Below the pieces are notes generated by a model. It saw only the letters and a program-made list of their open reading frames with translations, did no database searches and had not been told where the DNA came from. This document shows, one piece after another, positions 18,766 through 26,588 of a DNA stretch of 64,000 nucleotides. The number at the start of each line of letters is the position of its first letter. Position 1 is the first letter of the stretch. A program made the translations under genes and the position numbers. The stretch comes from Flavobacteriales bacterium (GTDB lineage: Bacteria; Bacteroidota; Bacteroidia; CAIKAF01), in contig JAKRSD010000022.1 in the NCBI GenBank assembly GCA_022402535.1, forward strand, positions 54,779-118,778, written 5' to 3'.

Positions 18766-20388
18766 TTATTTCAATCGTATCAATGCAGGCGTATTGGTGT
18801 TTTTAGCACCTCTTCCTGATCTTCTCGAAGAGCTTAGGATCAGTCCCGGAGCTACTTCATCCATATCGTAGGGAAGAATCATTTTTTGTTCATCTCTTAA
18901 ATCAAAAAGTCTTACTCTGTTCATTTTGCCCGACGGGTCAATTTTAATGGCCATCAGACATCCGTCTTTGAAAGAGCGGAATTCAACGGGGGCATTACTG
19001 TCAGGTAAATTGATGTTTTTTACATTGTCCAGATGGAAAAGATACACATTGTCGTTGTGCACAAAAGAACTGATTCCTGCACCATAAGTAGAGTTAATAA
19101 AGTGCTGGTTCTTGGGCACTTTTAATGTCCATTGTTCCGCCCCGTCAGGTCCTACGGAAGAAACAATCATATCTTGGAAATAATAGTGGTACGTATAACG
19201 CACGTTACCCCTGCTGTCGGTAGATGTGGTAACCACAAGGTGATATTGTTCTCCTACCATTATCCATCCGCCGTCTTGTTTTTTTCTGATCATACGGGTT
19301 TCCAAAAATGGAATTCCGGGCTCTTTGCCTTTCGCAATGGCTTTTTCTAATTTACGTTTGGTACGGTCTTTTTCAAATGATGTAATCAGTTCGCCGCTGA
19401 ATGCATATTGGTTCACGCTTTCCAGCGATTTGGTTTCCGGGTTGAATACGGCCGTAAAATACCCCGTGAAAGTAGTTACCCGTTTTTTGGGTTGGATATA
19501 TCCACCGATCATGATTTTGTTACCGAACCCTAATCCAAAAATTAAATCTTTGAAATAGAGTTTATCCATTTCCAACGAATACTCTTTAGGTTCTTTGGCG
19601 TCTTTGGTAATATGCAGAACACCCAACTCATCAAATTCGGGTTTTTTGGTTTCCGGGTTTAATCTACCCGACATGGATTCCACAAAGGTAAATACCTCAT
19701 CGCCCACCAGCCTGAAATTCAGGATGCGCATTTCAGCTTCGGTGTGGGGCATGGTTACTTCTTTGTTCCAAATCTGTTTCCAGGAGCGGTCATACAAGTG
19801 AAACTCATATTTCTCGTAGTTCTTGGCATCCCTTTTTTTTTCGTTTTTGTACTTGTAGTACAATAAAATGCGGTCGCTGTTGTCGGGGGCAATTACTTTA
19901 AATTTATCGGTAACTGAAAAGGAATAAAATCCTGTTGCAATGTATGTTCCGGTTACTTTACGGTTAGTTTCAATGAGTTGCATGGGACTGTCTAAAAACT
20001 TTCCTTCCAGCAGGTCCACTTCCTGTACATATAATTTTTCGCTCTGGTTGGCTTTATCAAAATCTGAGAACAGGAAAAAAGCACGATTGTCAAATTCCAC
20101 AATCGTTTCAAACATGATGTATTTGCTTTTCATCATATTTTCCATGTTGTTTCCTTCATACTTCAAATCAGAAGAAAAGCGATATAAACCGATTTCTTTC
20201 TTTTTTAAGTTTTCAGAAACCTGCACATAACCCGTTTTAGGATTTCCGATGAAACCTGCCCGAATATGTTTCTTCAGTAACGGGGCATTATCTCCCCATT
20301 GAATGTCTACAAAGTCTGCCGATTTTTGTCCCCACATTCCAAGGGATAAAAACCAAAATCCTACGATTCCTACCAGTTTTTTATTCAT
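18766..20388 (-). CDS. Hypothetical exported protein, beta-rich (possible propeller)
   Basis: 540-aa ORF with signal peptide (..LGMWG-Q); repeated short beta strands; no catalytic motif recognised. Confidence 0.75.
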   Translation of the reverse strand: MNKKLVGIVGFWFLSLGMWGQKSADFVDIQWGDNAPLLKKHIRAGFIGNPKTGYVQVSENLKKKEIGLYRFSSDLKYEGNNMENMMKSKYIMFETIVEFDNRAFFLFSDFDKANQSEKLYVQEVDLLEGKFLDSPMQLIETNRKVTGTYIATGFYSFSVTDKFKVIAPDNSDRILLYYKYKNEKKRDAKNYEKYEFHLYDRSWKQIWNKEVTMPHTEAEMRILNFRLVGDEVFTFVESMSGRLNPETKKPEFDELGVLHITKDAKEPKEYSLEMDKLYFKDLIFGLGFGNKIMIGGYIQPKKRVTTFTGYFTAVFNPETKSLESVNQYAFSGELITSFEKDRTKRKLEKAIAKGKEPGIPFLETRMIRKKQDGGWIMVGEQYHLVVTTSTDSRGNVRYTYHYYFQDMIVSSVGPDGAEQWTLKVPKNQHFINSTYGAGISSFVHNDNVYLFHLDNVKNINLPDSNAPVEFRSFKDGCLMAIKIDPSGKMNRVRLFDLRDEQKMILPYDMDEVAPGLILSSSRRSGRGAKNTNTPALIRLK

Positions 20389-20484
20389 TATAATTTAGTT
20401 TCTGCAAGGATAATATTTATTTTCAGTGCAGACGTTTTTTTTTCATTAACCGTTTGTTTACACAGGTTCAATTACCTTTGAAGC

Positions 20485-21441
20485 ATGATGCAAAGTATCC
20501 ATCCCGAATCGCTGGTCCGTTTTGGAAATCTGGAATTATTGGCCAAAGCCGCCGTGGAAGGTTTTATCACAGGCCTGCACAAGAGTCCGTTTCACGGGTT
20601 TTCGGTGGAGTTTGCCGAACACCGGCAGTACAATACCGGCGAAAGTACCCGGCATATAGACTGGAAACTCTATGCCCGCACGGAAAAACTTTTTGTGAAG
20701 AAATACGAGGAAGAAACCAATCTCCGGTGCCGCATCATCATAGACCGTTCGCCGGGTATGTATTTTCCTTTTGAAGCCCAATCCGATAAACCGGGACATA
20801 ATAAACTCTCTTTTTCGGTATTTGCGGCCGCTTCGCTCATTGAACTGCTCCGCAGACAGCGTGATGCTGCAGGAATTACTTTGTATTCAGATAAGGTGGA
20901 ATATGCGTCGCAGGTAAAATCGGGTTTGGTGCACATACGCCATTTATACGCCGAACTGGAAAAACTGCTTTTACCTTATACGCCTGAAGCCACTAAAACC
21001 ACCTCTACGGCCGATGTGCTTCACGAAATAGCGGATACCATTCACCGCCGAAGTCTGGTGATTCTGTTTTCTGATTTATTTTCCAATTATTCCGATACGC
21101 GCACACCCGAAAGCGAAAACGAAAAACTGATGGAAGCCATACGCCACCTGCGCCACAACCGGCATGAGGTGATTGTGTTCCGGGTAAGTGACCGCCGTTT
21201 GGAAACCGATTTTGCGTTTGAAAACCGTCCGTATATTTTCATTGACCCCGAAACGGGCGATGAAGTGCGCCTGAACCCCACAGAAATCAGGGAAATGTAT
21301 CAAAGCACCCTGCAAAAGTTTGAAGGCGATTTGAAACTGATGTGTGGCCAAAACGGGGTAGATTACAACGAAGCCGACATAGGAGAGGGCTTACAGAAGG
21401 TATTGTACTCGTTCATGGTAAAAAGACAGCGGATGATGTAA
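20485..21441 (+). CDS. DUF58 family VWA-like protein (MoxR partner)
   Basis: GLHKSPFHGFSVEFAEHRQY, RHIDWKLYAR, VKKYEEETN, LFSDL. Confidence 0.92.
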   Translation: MMQSIHPESLVRFGNLELLAKAAVEGFITGLHKSPFHGFSVEFAEHRQYNTGESTRHIDWKLYARTEKLFVKKYEEETNLRCRIIIDRSPGMYFPFEAQSDKPGHNKLSFSVFAAASLIELLRRQRDAAGITLYSDKVEYASQVKSGLVHIRHLYAELEKLLLPYTPEATKTTSTADVLHEIADTIHRRSLVILFSDLFSNYSDTRTPESENEKLMEAIRHLRHNRHEVIVFRVSDRRLETDFAFENRPYIFIDPETGDEVRLNPTEIREMYQSTLQKFEGDLKLMCGQNGVDYNEADIGEGLQKVLYSFMVKRQRMM

Positions 21442-21513
21442 TATTCTTTGGGCTTGATAATGAAAAGAATGTCGCATGCCGGTTGGAAATCTTATAGAAT
21501 TTTGGGGTCAAAA

Positions 21514-21544
21514 TTTGCAAATTCAGAATTAGGTTCTACTTTTG
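21514..21544 (+). promoter_or_regulatory. sigmaA promoter of tRNA-Asp
   Basis: TTTG (21514-17)-N19-TACTTTTG (21537-44), exact Bacteroidota -33/-7 consensus. Confidence 0.85.
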
Positions 21545-21560
21545 TGCTCCCAACAGAAAT

Positions 21561-21634
21561 GGTTCGGTAGTTCAGTTGGTTAGAATGCCGCCCTGTCACG
21601 GCGGAGGTCGCGGGTTCGAGTCCCGTCCGGACCG
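21561..21634 (+). tRNA. tRNA-Asp(GTC)
   Basis: GGTTCGG/CCGGACC acceptor stem, D arm TAGTTCAGTTGGTTAGAA, anticodon loop CTGTCAC, T loop TTCGAGT; CCA not encoded. Confidence 0.97.
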
Positions 21635-21643
21635 CAAGGTTAT

Positions 21644-21674
21644 AAAAGCGCTTGATTATCAAGCGCTTTTTTTT
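21644..21674 (+). terminator. Hairpin/terminator after tRNA-Asp
   Basis: Perfect palindrome AAAAGCGCTTGAT-T-ATCAAGCGCTTTT followed by more Ts. Confidence 0.8.
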
Positions 21675-21826
21675 ATATCATTTGTTTTATTTATTGTTTT
21701 GGGTGAGTATAATAGACAAAACACTGAAGACCTTTAAAATTCTGTTAATTGATTGTTTATATTTTGATTTATATTCCTCTGTAAATGAGTTTGGTGGTGA
21801 GTAGATTTGTTCTATAAAAGCTAAAA

Positions 21827-23761
21827 ATGGAGATAACTAGAGCAAAAGCTAATTTACTGGATGAATCAAAAATTTTTGACGTACTAAAGACGACCATACT
21901 TGAATCAATACAAAATAAAAATCCTTTGTTCAACAGGGTTTCTTTTGGTGAAAATTATAGTTTACTTGATAGAAATTCCTTGATTATTACCCATTCTTCT
22001 GGGTCATTTGAAATCCGATATGAAAAATTTGAGCCTTGTTTCGTATTATTGAACATAAGCGAAGAAATATTAAAAGAAAAACTACCTGCAGATATTATTG
22101 GTAGCCTTGAATTTGTGGATCGTTTTTGTGCTGAAATAAAAAAGCCGAAACAAAACCAAAAATGGTATGGCCATCTTGAATCTAATTTTAAGCGCTTCAT
22201 TCTTGTTTACTTAAACCATGAATACTCTATTGATATAACTTCGTTCCTTCATACGGTCGATGACGATATGAAAGAAAAAATCTCCGCACTTCAATCATTC
22301 GATAGGTATTACAGAGATGCTTGCCCATTTTTGTCTGACCCGATGGATAAAATATTTGAATCATTGATTTATCTTAACGAACAAAGCTCAAAAGAATACG
22401 TTCCAGAAATTCTTAACGCCATAGGTAAATATAATTTCTCCAAAGCTCAAAAATTATATGAGTATATAGAGAAAAGCCAATCACAACATTCTCCAATATT
22501 TTTATCATTCTTGCTTGTGGGCATATTCAAAAATGATGAGACGACGTATTTAGAGAAAGCCATGGAATTGTATTCAAGCTATCCTATTGAGGGAATAAGG
22601 GCGTTCGGATGGATTAATTATTCTACTGCAGAACAAATAATTGCAGTACATAATATACTCACTAAAAATGTAAACGAAAGTCATGAATATAAATTCTATG
22701 AATCTATATTTTATATAAGGCAAATAGAGAATAAGGCGATAACTGTAGAACTGAAGGCAATTTTCGTTGAAAAAATTAAGTCTTTATATGCTGTCGAAGA
22801 TGATAAAGTAAAAAGAAATATTGAGTGGCGTGTAGGCGGAATCAAGGAGCACGACGCTGAAAAGTTTAACCTTCTGCTTACTTTTATAAACAGCGGTGGT
22901 GGAATAAACGTGGCAAAAGGTTTTTTTTCAAATTTTAAAGACCCTAAGTATCTTTTTTCATTAATAGAGAATGCATACTTAACGATGGGTGTACGGATGC
23001 AGATTGAATTCTTTAGGGAGGCTCTCTTTTCACTGTCTCGTAATAACCCTGATGCTACTTATACAGAAATAAAAAACTTGTTATCGCATAAACTTGCTTC
23101 CGGCAGGCTTGCAGCGATACAGATGTTGGGGCTCAGTTTTATCAAAGTTCACAATATATCTTTATTGGAACTGGACGAAATGGGGCAATTAAATATAATT
23201 GAGTCTATTGAAATACAACCAAATGTGATGGATGGTTTGTTTTCATTGCTCATACAATTGAGAAAAAGTACACACCAAAGCGTAAGAGAAAAGCTTTTCG
23301 AAGCACTCGTAGAGCTTATATGGGCGTACGACAAATACGTATTGGAAAGTTTAGAAAATGAGATAGATATGGCCGACGCGGAAGATTCTGAATTGTATTC
23401 CCGTTTCAAATCAGTTTACGATGCTTTTGCTATTCAAAAAGAGAATAGAAAAAAAATTAAAGAACTAAACCCAATAGAAAATGAACTTTCTTTTATGGAG
23501 GACTATTACAAGCACGAGAATGAGTACCAGAGAAAATTGATGGAAGAGGCAGGAAAAAAAACTTTCTTCTCAATGATTGGCAAAGAAATAAAAGTAATTA
23601 GAGGAAGGGGATATAAATCTGGTTATAAGGATGAAATAACTATGTTAACTACTATTGAGCATTCACAACTTATGGACAGAAGGTATTCAATTAATCCTGA
23701 TTATCTTGAGTGGACTTTCAACAAGATGCATGCAACCCTGAAAAATATCAAGCCCGAATGA
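21827..23761 (+). CDS. Hypothetical 644-aa, mainly alpha-helical (HEAT/ARM-like) protein; candidate defence gene A
   Basis: Long AT-rich ORF, no signal peptide, TM or Walker motif; ATGA overlap with the next gene. Confidence 0.8.
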   Translation: MEITRAKANLLDESKIFDVLKTTILESIQNKNPLFNRVSFGENYSLLDRNSLIITHSSGSFEIRYEKFEPCFVLLNISEEILKEKLPADIIGSLEFVDRFCAEIKKPKQNQKWYGHLESNFKRFILVYLNHEYSIDITSFLHTVDDDMKEKISALQSFDRYYRDACPFLSDPMDKIFESLIYLNEQSSKEYVPEILNAIGKYNFSKAQKLYEYIEKSQSQHSPIFLSFLLVGIFKNDETTYLEKAMELYSSYPIEGIRAFGWINYSTAEQIIAVHNILTKNVNESHEYKFYESIFYIRQIENKAITVELKAIFVEKIKSLYAVEDDKVKRNIEWRVGGIKEHDAEKFNLLLTFINSGGGINVAKGFFSNFKDPKYLFSLIENAYLTMGVRMQIEFFREALFSLSRNNPDATYTEIKNLLSHKLASGRLAAIQMLGLSFIKVHNISLLELDEMGQLNIIESIEIQPNVMDGLFSLLIQLRKSTHQSVREKLFEALVELIWAYDKYVLESLENEIDMADAEDSELYSRFKSVYDAFAIQKENRKKIKELNPIENELSFMEDYYKHENEYQRKLMEEAGKKTFFSMIGKEIKVIRGRGYKSGYKDEITMLTTIEHSQLMDRRYSINPDYLEWTFNKMHATLKNIKPE

Positions 23762-25500
23762 AAAATATCATAGTACGGGAATACCTGCAATCCCTCACTG
23801 AAAAAAATGAACTTGACTATTTATTTCCGATACTGCTGGAGGTAATGAATTTTCAGATTATTTCAACGCCAAAATTGACTATCGGCTTGCCTCAGTATGG
23901 TAAAGATATTGTTGCCACGGGAACCGACAAGGATGGGATAAAAAAAAGATTCTATTTTGAAGTAAAAGGTGGTCAAGACAAGGATGTAACACCTTCCTCC
24001 TTTACGAAAGATGATGGAATCAGAATGTCCCTCCTTGAAGCTAAAGACAAAAAATTCAATGATTCATCCAACCCCGAGTTTAATAATCTTCCTATAAAAA
24101 TCATTTTGGTCCATAATGGGATTTTAAATGCAAGCGTTAAGGATACTTTTGATGATTTCATAGAAAGGGAGTTCACAAATAGTGGTAAATCTGGCGGCAC
24201 GGTATATGAATTCGAAAGATGGGGTATTTTTGAATTGACAGCATTGTTTTCAGACTATTTATTCAGCGAGTATCTTTTGACTGACGATGAGACCGTCCGA
24301 CTGTTTAAAAAGGTTTTGGTGCTGATTGATACTCCTAAGAACAATTTTTCAGATTACTATCAACTCATCAATTTAATTTTTGACAAAGCAGGTAAATATG
24401 AAAGCCTAAGCAAACGAAAAAGATTATTATTGTTCGAAACATTGAATATCATTTCTTACATAATTTATTCTTACTGCAAAGAATCTGATAACTTAGAAAA
24501 CGCTAAAAAATGTTTGCCGTATTCAATTTTAAAGTTCTGGGAATGGATACTTGAGAACAAAATAGAATCAGACAAAAAAGTACTACAACATTTTCAAAAG
24601 CATCATAACATCTACATGAAGCTACTGGATGAATATTTTACAAAGACAATCCAAGTTGCAGCATTAGAAAACGGTTTATGGTCTCCAAACGGAGGTAGAT
24701 ATGAACAGGTTGGTTATCCCATTCGTACGATGGAATATTTATCATATCTCGTGTATTTTTTTGAAGCATTGGGTTTCCAAGGTATTTATGATGAGAGTTT
24801 GGAAAGTCAAATCAAGATTGATTATTTGATTGCGATATTGAATGGTAATATTCAAGGTACAAGACCATTACTTGACAATCATTCGATTCCTATTTGCCTT
24901 GTTTTAAATTATTTAATTAAAAATAATAGAGAGGATGATGCGAAAGCATTTCTTGGTAACCTTTTGGGTTCTATACAAGTTGCTTATGAAGCCCATAAGA
25001 GACTTCCAGATGGTGCCAATAATCTTGAAAATGTTATTCAATATGTAATTAAAAGAGAAAAAAGTATATCATATGTTGATAGTACTTCCCATTTAATAGG
25101 TATATTATTTGAATATTTAGCATTATTGGGAATGAAGAATGAGTATTATCATTATCGTGACTTTGTCAATAATTTAAAATTGGACATAGCTGTTTTTATA
25201 CCATTTGATGATGAAAAATTGTCTACTTATTTACCGAATAATACTAAAAGTCATGAAGCTCATCTATTTGGGCATGAAATACGAAAGGAAGGCTACCAAA
25301 GCCATATTATATTAAATGATGATTTTGCAATGTTTCAAAATCGAGTTTTTTCGTCAGATGAATTTACTTATAAATACAGAACAGATAATGTTAATTTAGG
25401 GTATCTAAAATATTTAGCTCATATATTTTATAAAACACCATTATTTCCGAATACATGGAGGTGTTTAAATAATTCAAATAGGATCTTCATAATCAAATAA
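23758..25500 (+). CDS. Protein with N-terminal Mrr-like PD-(D/E)xK nuclease domain and helical C-terminus; candidate defence gene B
   Basis: ATG at 23758; E(LDYLFPILL)...QYGKDIVA...FYFEVKG catalytic E/D/ExK arrangement; FERWGIFEL closes the domain. Confidence 0.75.
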   Translation: MKNIIVREYLQSLTEKNELDYLFPILLEVMNFQIISTPKLTIGLPQYGKDIVATGTDKDGIKKRFYFEVKGGQDKDVTPSSFTKDDGIRMSLLEAKDKKFNDSSNPEFNNLPIKIILVHNGILNASVKDTFDDFIEREFTNSGKSGGTVYEFERWGIFELTALFSDYLFSEYLLTDDETVRLFKKVLVLIDTPKNNFSDYYQLINLIFDKAGKYESLSKRKRLLLFETLNIISYIIYSYCKESDNLENAKKCLPYSILKFWEWILENKIESDKKVLQHFQKHHNIYMKLLDEYFTKTIQVAALENGLWSPNGGRYEQVGYPIRTMEYLSYLVYFFEALGFQGIYDESLESQIKIDYLIAILNGNIQGTRPLLDNHSIPICLVLNYLIKNNREDDAKAFLGNLLGSIQVAYEAHKRLPDGANNLENVIQYVIKREKSISYVDSTSHLIGILFEYLALLGMKNEYYHYRDFVNNLKLDIAVFIPFDDEKLSTYLPNNTKSHEAHLFGHEIRKEGYQSHIILNDDFAMFQNRVFSSDEFTYKYRTDNVNLGYLKYLAHIFYKTPLFPNTWRCLNNSNRIFIIK

Positions 25501-25761
25501 AGCAGTACCAGCTATATCATATAAAGGTTCAGCGTATATATCAATTAATTGAGTTGAACTAATTCCGACAATAGAATTATTATCCGAATTGTAATAAATA
25601 TATCTGTTTAAGTGTAATTCCCCAATATAGTTTCCATTTAGGTCAAAAGCAAAAGAATTATTAATGTTGCCTATGTGATTTCCATTAGCATTATAAAGGG
25701 CTCCCGATTCATGTGCCCAGCCATAAAATTCTCCTGAATTTAATTTCCAAAGCGGATTCAT
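25474..25761 (-). CDS. Small 95-aa protein resembling 4-fold beta-flower domain proteins
   Basis: Repeating units NSGEFYGW / LYNANGNHIGNI / FDLNGNYIGEL, ending DYEDPI; 27-nt 3' overlap with gene B. Confidence 0.6.
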   Translation of the reverse strand: MNPLWKLNSGEFYGWAHESGALYNANGNHIGNINNSFAFDLNGNYIGELHLNRYIYYNSDNNSIVGISSTQLIDIYAEPLYDIAGTALFDYEDPI

Positions 25762-25934
25762 AATGTTTTTTTGCTAAGTTAATAAAAACTTTTAAAGACG
25801 ATTATAATGTTTTAAAAGACTATTAAAACACTTATTTATCTGGACTTATAAATTTGTTTGAGCTCATTTATTTATTTTGGAAGCCCTAAATTGAAAAATT
25901 AAAAAACTACACCTCTCCTACGAAGTCTATATCT

Positions 25935-26489
25935 CTATGGTTTGAAATGACCTTTTTCAATCCGGTAAATAAAAACATTTTCTCCATCGAGCCAGGGAAT
26001 CGTTTACTCTCGGGTGAGTCTATTTTTTTCGGCCACTTTCAGCGAGGCGTAGTTTTCGGTGTCAATAACCGATATAACAGAATCTGTCAGATTATTTTTA
26101 AATGCATAGGCTATAAATAATCTTGCGGCTTCGGTTGCAAAGCCCTGTTTACGGTAGGGTTTCAAAATATGATACCCTACTTCTGTTTCTCTTTTGCCTT
26201 TTACTTCCTGAGCCAACAAACCACAGAGTCCAATGCATGTATTTGTTTTTTTATCTACCAGAACCTGAAGTCCAAAACGCTTATCGCGATAGCGTTCTAT
26301 CTGTTTATTTATCATGTGGGTGGCATACTCAAGATTTGATGTTAAGCCTAAAGTATGCAGAAACAGAAATTCGGTGGATTCCGGGTCTTCAAAAAATGAT
26401 TCCCACCATGTTACATCTGAAGCCGTTAGTTTTCGGGTAATTAACCGCTCCGATTGCAGATTGTCTTCGTAAAGGTAGTTTGATGTCAT
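25935..26489 (-). pseudogene. RimJ/RimL-type GNAT acetyltransferase with in-frame TAA 23 codons before the apparent end
   Basis: LQSERLITRKLT, EVGYHILK, QGFATEAA, IDTENYASLKVAEKN; after TAA (26004-06) the frame continues TIPWLDGENVFIYRIEKGHFKP to TAG (25935-37). Confidence 0.65.
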
Positions 26490-26543
26490 AATACTTGGAA
26501 GCGCTAAAGTCGGGCTATTATTTAACAATCAAAAGGGCAAAAC

Positions 26544-26569
26544 AAAAAAGGCCGGAAAGTCCGGCCTTT
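26544..26569 (-). terminator. Rho-independent terminator of the M13 peptidase gene
   Basis: AAAGGCCGG-acttt-CCGGCC-TTTTTT on the minus strand. Confidence 0.8.
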
Positions 26570-26588
26570 GTCAATATATGAGATGGAT

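Larger units (their letters stand above)
21635..26540. mobile_element. AT-rich genomic islet at the tRNA-Asp 3' end (no integrase)
   Basis: Abrupt GC drop (sample 60-mers: 27/60 GC at 20641 in the core vs 21/60 at 22501 and 11/60 at 25021); non-core genes; right boundary is approximate. Confidence 0.65.

Noticed and set aside
23710-23757. Longer N-terminus for gene B from the ORF track (start 23710)
   Set aside because: ATG at 23758 gives a typical ATGA coupling with gene A; the extension lies inside gene A
25760-26560. attR copy of the tRNA-Asp 3' end
   Set aside because: No copy of CCCGTCCGGACCGCA or a clear fragment of it found by eye
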